Of a DNA stretch of 20,730 bases, positions 18,708 through 20,730 are shown piece by piece. A program made the position numbers and the translations under genes. The DNA is from an uncultured Aquificales bacterium (GTDB lineage Bacteria; Thermosulfidibacterota; Thermosulfidibacteria; Thermosulfidibacterales; Thermosulfidibacteraceae). The notes under the pieces were generated by a model. The model was not told where the DNA came from. It did not search any database and saw only the letters and a list, made by a program, of their open reading frames with translations. The stretch is from positions 1 to 20,730 of the forward strand of contig CAYPLO010000011.1 in NCBI GenBank assembly GCA_964411615.1, read 5' to 3'. Numbering within the stretch: position 1 is the first letter of the stretch; each line of letters starts with the position of its first letter.

Positions 18708-19550
18708 TTAACCTCCCAGAACTTCTGCGCTCTCCTCTATCTGCTTCTTAACCTCCTGGGATACCTCCCTCCACCTATCTTCGTCCATATTCACCACATT
18801 TAAAGCCCTCTCCAGTCCCTCAAGCTCGAACTGTGGATTCACCAGACTGAAATCCCAGCTGGAGCAGAAGACATTGGCAAGCTTTATAAGGGCAACCAGC
18901 TCGTTCTCCACATCCCCATGATGAGACCCCACCGCATTCACAACGTCTATGGGAAAGCCCCATTTGCTCAGCACCATAGCCCCAACCTCGGCATGACTCA
19001 CCCCAAAGCGCCCCTTCTCAGCACTGTAAAAATCAGTCTTTCCAGCAATCACATCAGACACTATGGACCTGTAGTCGTCGGGATAGTACTTGAACAGCAC
19101 CACCTTACCGAAGTCATGAAGCAGCCCCATGGTGAACATCTCCTCGGCATTCAGCTTCAGCCCTTTAACCGCCATAACTATATTCTTAATCACAACGGCA
19201 GAGGCGGCAGAATGCTTCCAGAAGGCCTGCATAATCTCCCTATCCTTGCCCTTTGAATAAAGGCTCCTTATGGCAACCATAAGGGCGATGCTCCTGATAT
19301 TGGCCATACCAAGATAGCTTATTGCATGCTTCAAAGAGGCTATGGGGACCCGGGGAGCGTAGAGGGGAGAGTTGGCCAGCTTAAGTATCTCGGCCGTCAG
19401 AACCTGGTCCACCGAGATAAATCTTTCAAGCTTGGCAGCTGTAGTATCCGGGTCCTCCACCATCTTCATAACTTTGGCAGCTATATGGGGCATGGTGGCA
19501 AACTCATCATCCCTCTCAATCCGCTCCCTTATCTCCTCCCATACAGACAT
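18708..19550 (-). CDS. Stand-alone HDOD-domain protein
   Basis: D..LTAEILKLANSPLY, AISYLG, FWKHS, GLLHDFGK, GVSHAEVG..L.KWGFP, HH. ATG 19550 follows GGAGG. Confidence 0.92.
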   Translation of the reverse strand: MSVWEEIRERIERDDEFATMPHIAAKVMKMVEDPDTTAAKLERFISVDQVLTAEILKLANSPLYAPRVPIASLKHAISYLGMANIRSIALMVAIRSLYSKGKDREIMQAFWKHSAASAVVIKNIVMAVKGLKLNAEEMFTMGLLHDFGKVVLFKYYPDDYRSIVSDVIAGKTDFYSAEKGRFGVSHAEVGAMVLSKWGFPIDVVNAVGSHHGDVENELVALIKLANVFCSSWDFSLVNPQFELEGLERALNVVNMDEDRWREVSQEVKKQIEESAEVLGG

Positions 19551-19605
19551 AGCCCCTCCCACGAAACCTTGTTATAAGGCACCACTAAAGGTTACTCCAA
19601 AGGGA

Positions 19606-20730
19606 TTACCTTTTCAACGCTATGATATCCTGCAGCATCTCATCGGAGGTGGTAATCACCCTTGCGTTGGCCTGGAATCCCCTCTGGTAGAGAATCATCT
19701 TGGTAAACTCCTCGGCGATATCAACATTGGACATCTCCAAAACACCAGATCTGACGCTACCAAGACCACCTTCTCCGGGAGCGCCTATGAGGGCAGGACC
19801 GGAAGCAGGAGTTTCGGCAAACAAGCTGTGCCCCATATGTTTCAGCCCTTGAACGTTGTTAAAGGTAGCCAAAGCCAAACGGTACTTCTGAATAGTCTTA
19901 CCATTGGAATAGGAAGCCTGAACAATGCCATTCTCATCGATGGAGATATCCACAAGGTCACCGGGAGGATATCCATTCTGGTCCACATAGTAGGTTCTCG
20001 AATCACCTCCAAGAGAAGTGAGAAGAGGATTTCCTAAATCATCAAAGACATTTATAGACACGGGGCTCGTAAACAGCTCAGAATTATAATTCTCAAGATG
20101 AATCCCCAGCGGAGCACCTGTCTCGTTCAAAGTCTTCAGAGTCACCTGCACAGTGGCACCAGCCGTGGTAATAAACTTTATCCTTCCATCACCATCAATA
20201 TCAAACTGCAAGTTAGTGGGACAATTCTCTTCTGGACAGATATGAGACTTATTGGCACCGGGAACGCTCCCAAAAGCACCTATATCGTACTCCTGAGTAC
20301 CTGAACCTGTAGCATAACCGAAATGAGCATAGTAGTATGTGATTCTCGGAACACCATTAGCATCAAAATCTACCCTTCCTGCAGCACCATCCACGTCGAG
20401 AGCCTTACCGTCAAGCTCCGTGTAGAATATCCATGTACTCTTTCTGACATTAGGGTCATCCGTTGCAACACCAGACGAAAAGAAACTACCATCATCGTCT
20501 GCATCTTCACCCTGGACCTTAACGAAATGTATCTTAAGCTCATGGGCCTGTCCTGTCTTATCGTATATTGTCTGAGTCACAACATGCTCATCAGCATACT
20601 TACCTTCAATTTCCGTCTGTATATCAGGAATTTCTAACTTGCTACCAGAAACATCTCCATCAACAAACCTCATTTTAAGAGACATAAGACTGGGACCGCA
20701 GGTCTTGTCAGTTATGTAAATCTTACCATC
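19606..20730 (-). CDS. flgE: Flagellar hook protein FlgE, 5' part outside window
   Basis: C-terminal QNGYPPG.L, SYSNG, LEMSNVDIAEEFTKMILYQRGFQANARVITTSDEMLQ. The frame stays open upstream of the track's ATG 20685 to the window edge (DGKIYITDKTCGPSL). Confidence 0.95.
   Translation of the reverse strand, partial: DGKIYITDKTCGPSLMSLKMRFVDGDVSGSKLEIPDIQTEIEGKYADEHVVTQTIYDKTGQAHELKIHFVKVQGEDADDDGSFFSSGVATDDPNVRKSTWIFYTELDGKALDVDGAAGRVDFDANGVPRITYYYAHFGYATGSGTQEYDIGAFGSVPGANKSHICPEENCPTNLQFDIDGDGRIKFITTAGATVQVTLKTLNETGAPLGIHLENYNSELFTSPVSINVFDDLGNPLLTSLGGDSRTYYVDQNGYPPGDLVDISIDENGIVQASYSNGKTIQKYRLALATFNNVQGLKHMGHSLFAETPASGPALIGAPGEGGLGSVRSGVLEMSNVDIAEEFTKMILYQRGFQANARVITTSDEMLQDIIALKR

Noticed and set aside
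19566..19598. AACCTT-N17-AAGGTT inverted repeat and TTGGAG-N18-TATAAC promoter-like sequence between flgE and HDOD
   Set aside because: Short arms, a weak -35 and a long spacer make it indistinguishable from chance.
2..20637. Numerous plus-strand ORFs up to about 256 aa
   Set aside because: They are antisense shadows of well-conserved minus-strand genes, with no recognisable motifs.
1..20730. Sigma-28 or sigma-54 promoters, CRISPR arrays, tRNAs, IS elements
   Set aside because: No correctly spaced consensus in the few intergenic gaps by eye, and no repeat arrays, cloverleafs or transposase ORFs seen.

Overview
All supportable genes lie on the minus strand in one tightly packed run. The codon usage (AGG/AGA Arg, ATA Ile, many Glu/Lys) looks thermophile-like; this is an inference only. 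Reading from the right end, a flagellar super-operon comes first: 5'-truncated flgE, a stand-alone HDOD protein, motA, motB, fliL, fliN, fliO, fliP, fliQ, fliR, flhB, flhA, flhF, flhG, a 2-TM FlgV-like protein, fliA, cheB, fliM and a FliY-like protein. It is followed by a short-chain acyl-CoA beta-oxidation cluster: XRE-cupin regulator, thiolase, 3-hydroxybutyryl-CoA dehydrogenase, a degenerate crotonase-fold protein, acyl-CoA dehydrogenase and 3'-truncated etfB (absent from the ORF track). I found no mobile element, CRISPR array or RNA gene. Main signals: (i) an 18-bp palindrome before etfB matching the Bacillus FadR(YsiA) box; (ii) a perfect 12-bp hairpin just after the hbd stop, preceded by a GTGA-coupled start and a C_CCU_UUG heptamer that could feed the crotonase-like frame by -1 frameshifting; (iii) a crotonase with GGG replaced by GWW but a conserved C-terminus; (iv) an FlgV-like gene overlapping fliA by 92 nt; (v) Na+-type stator signatures; (vi) FlhB NPVE instead of NPTH; (vii) an AT-rich, Cys-containing central region of flgE. 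None of these is shown to be a new system without further checks.
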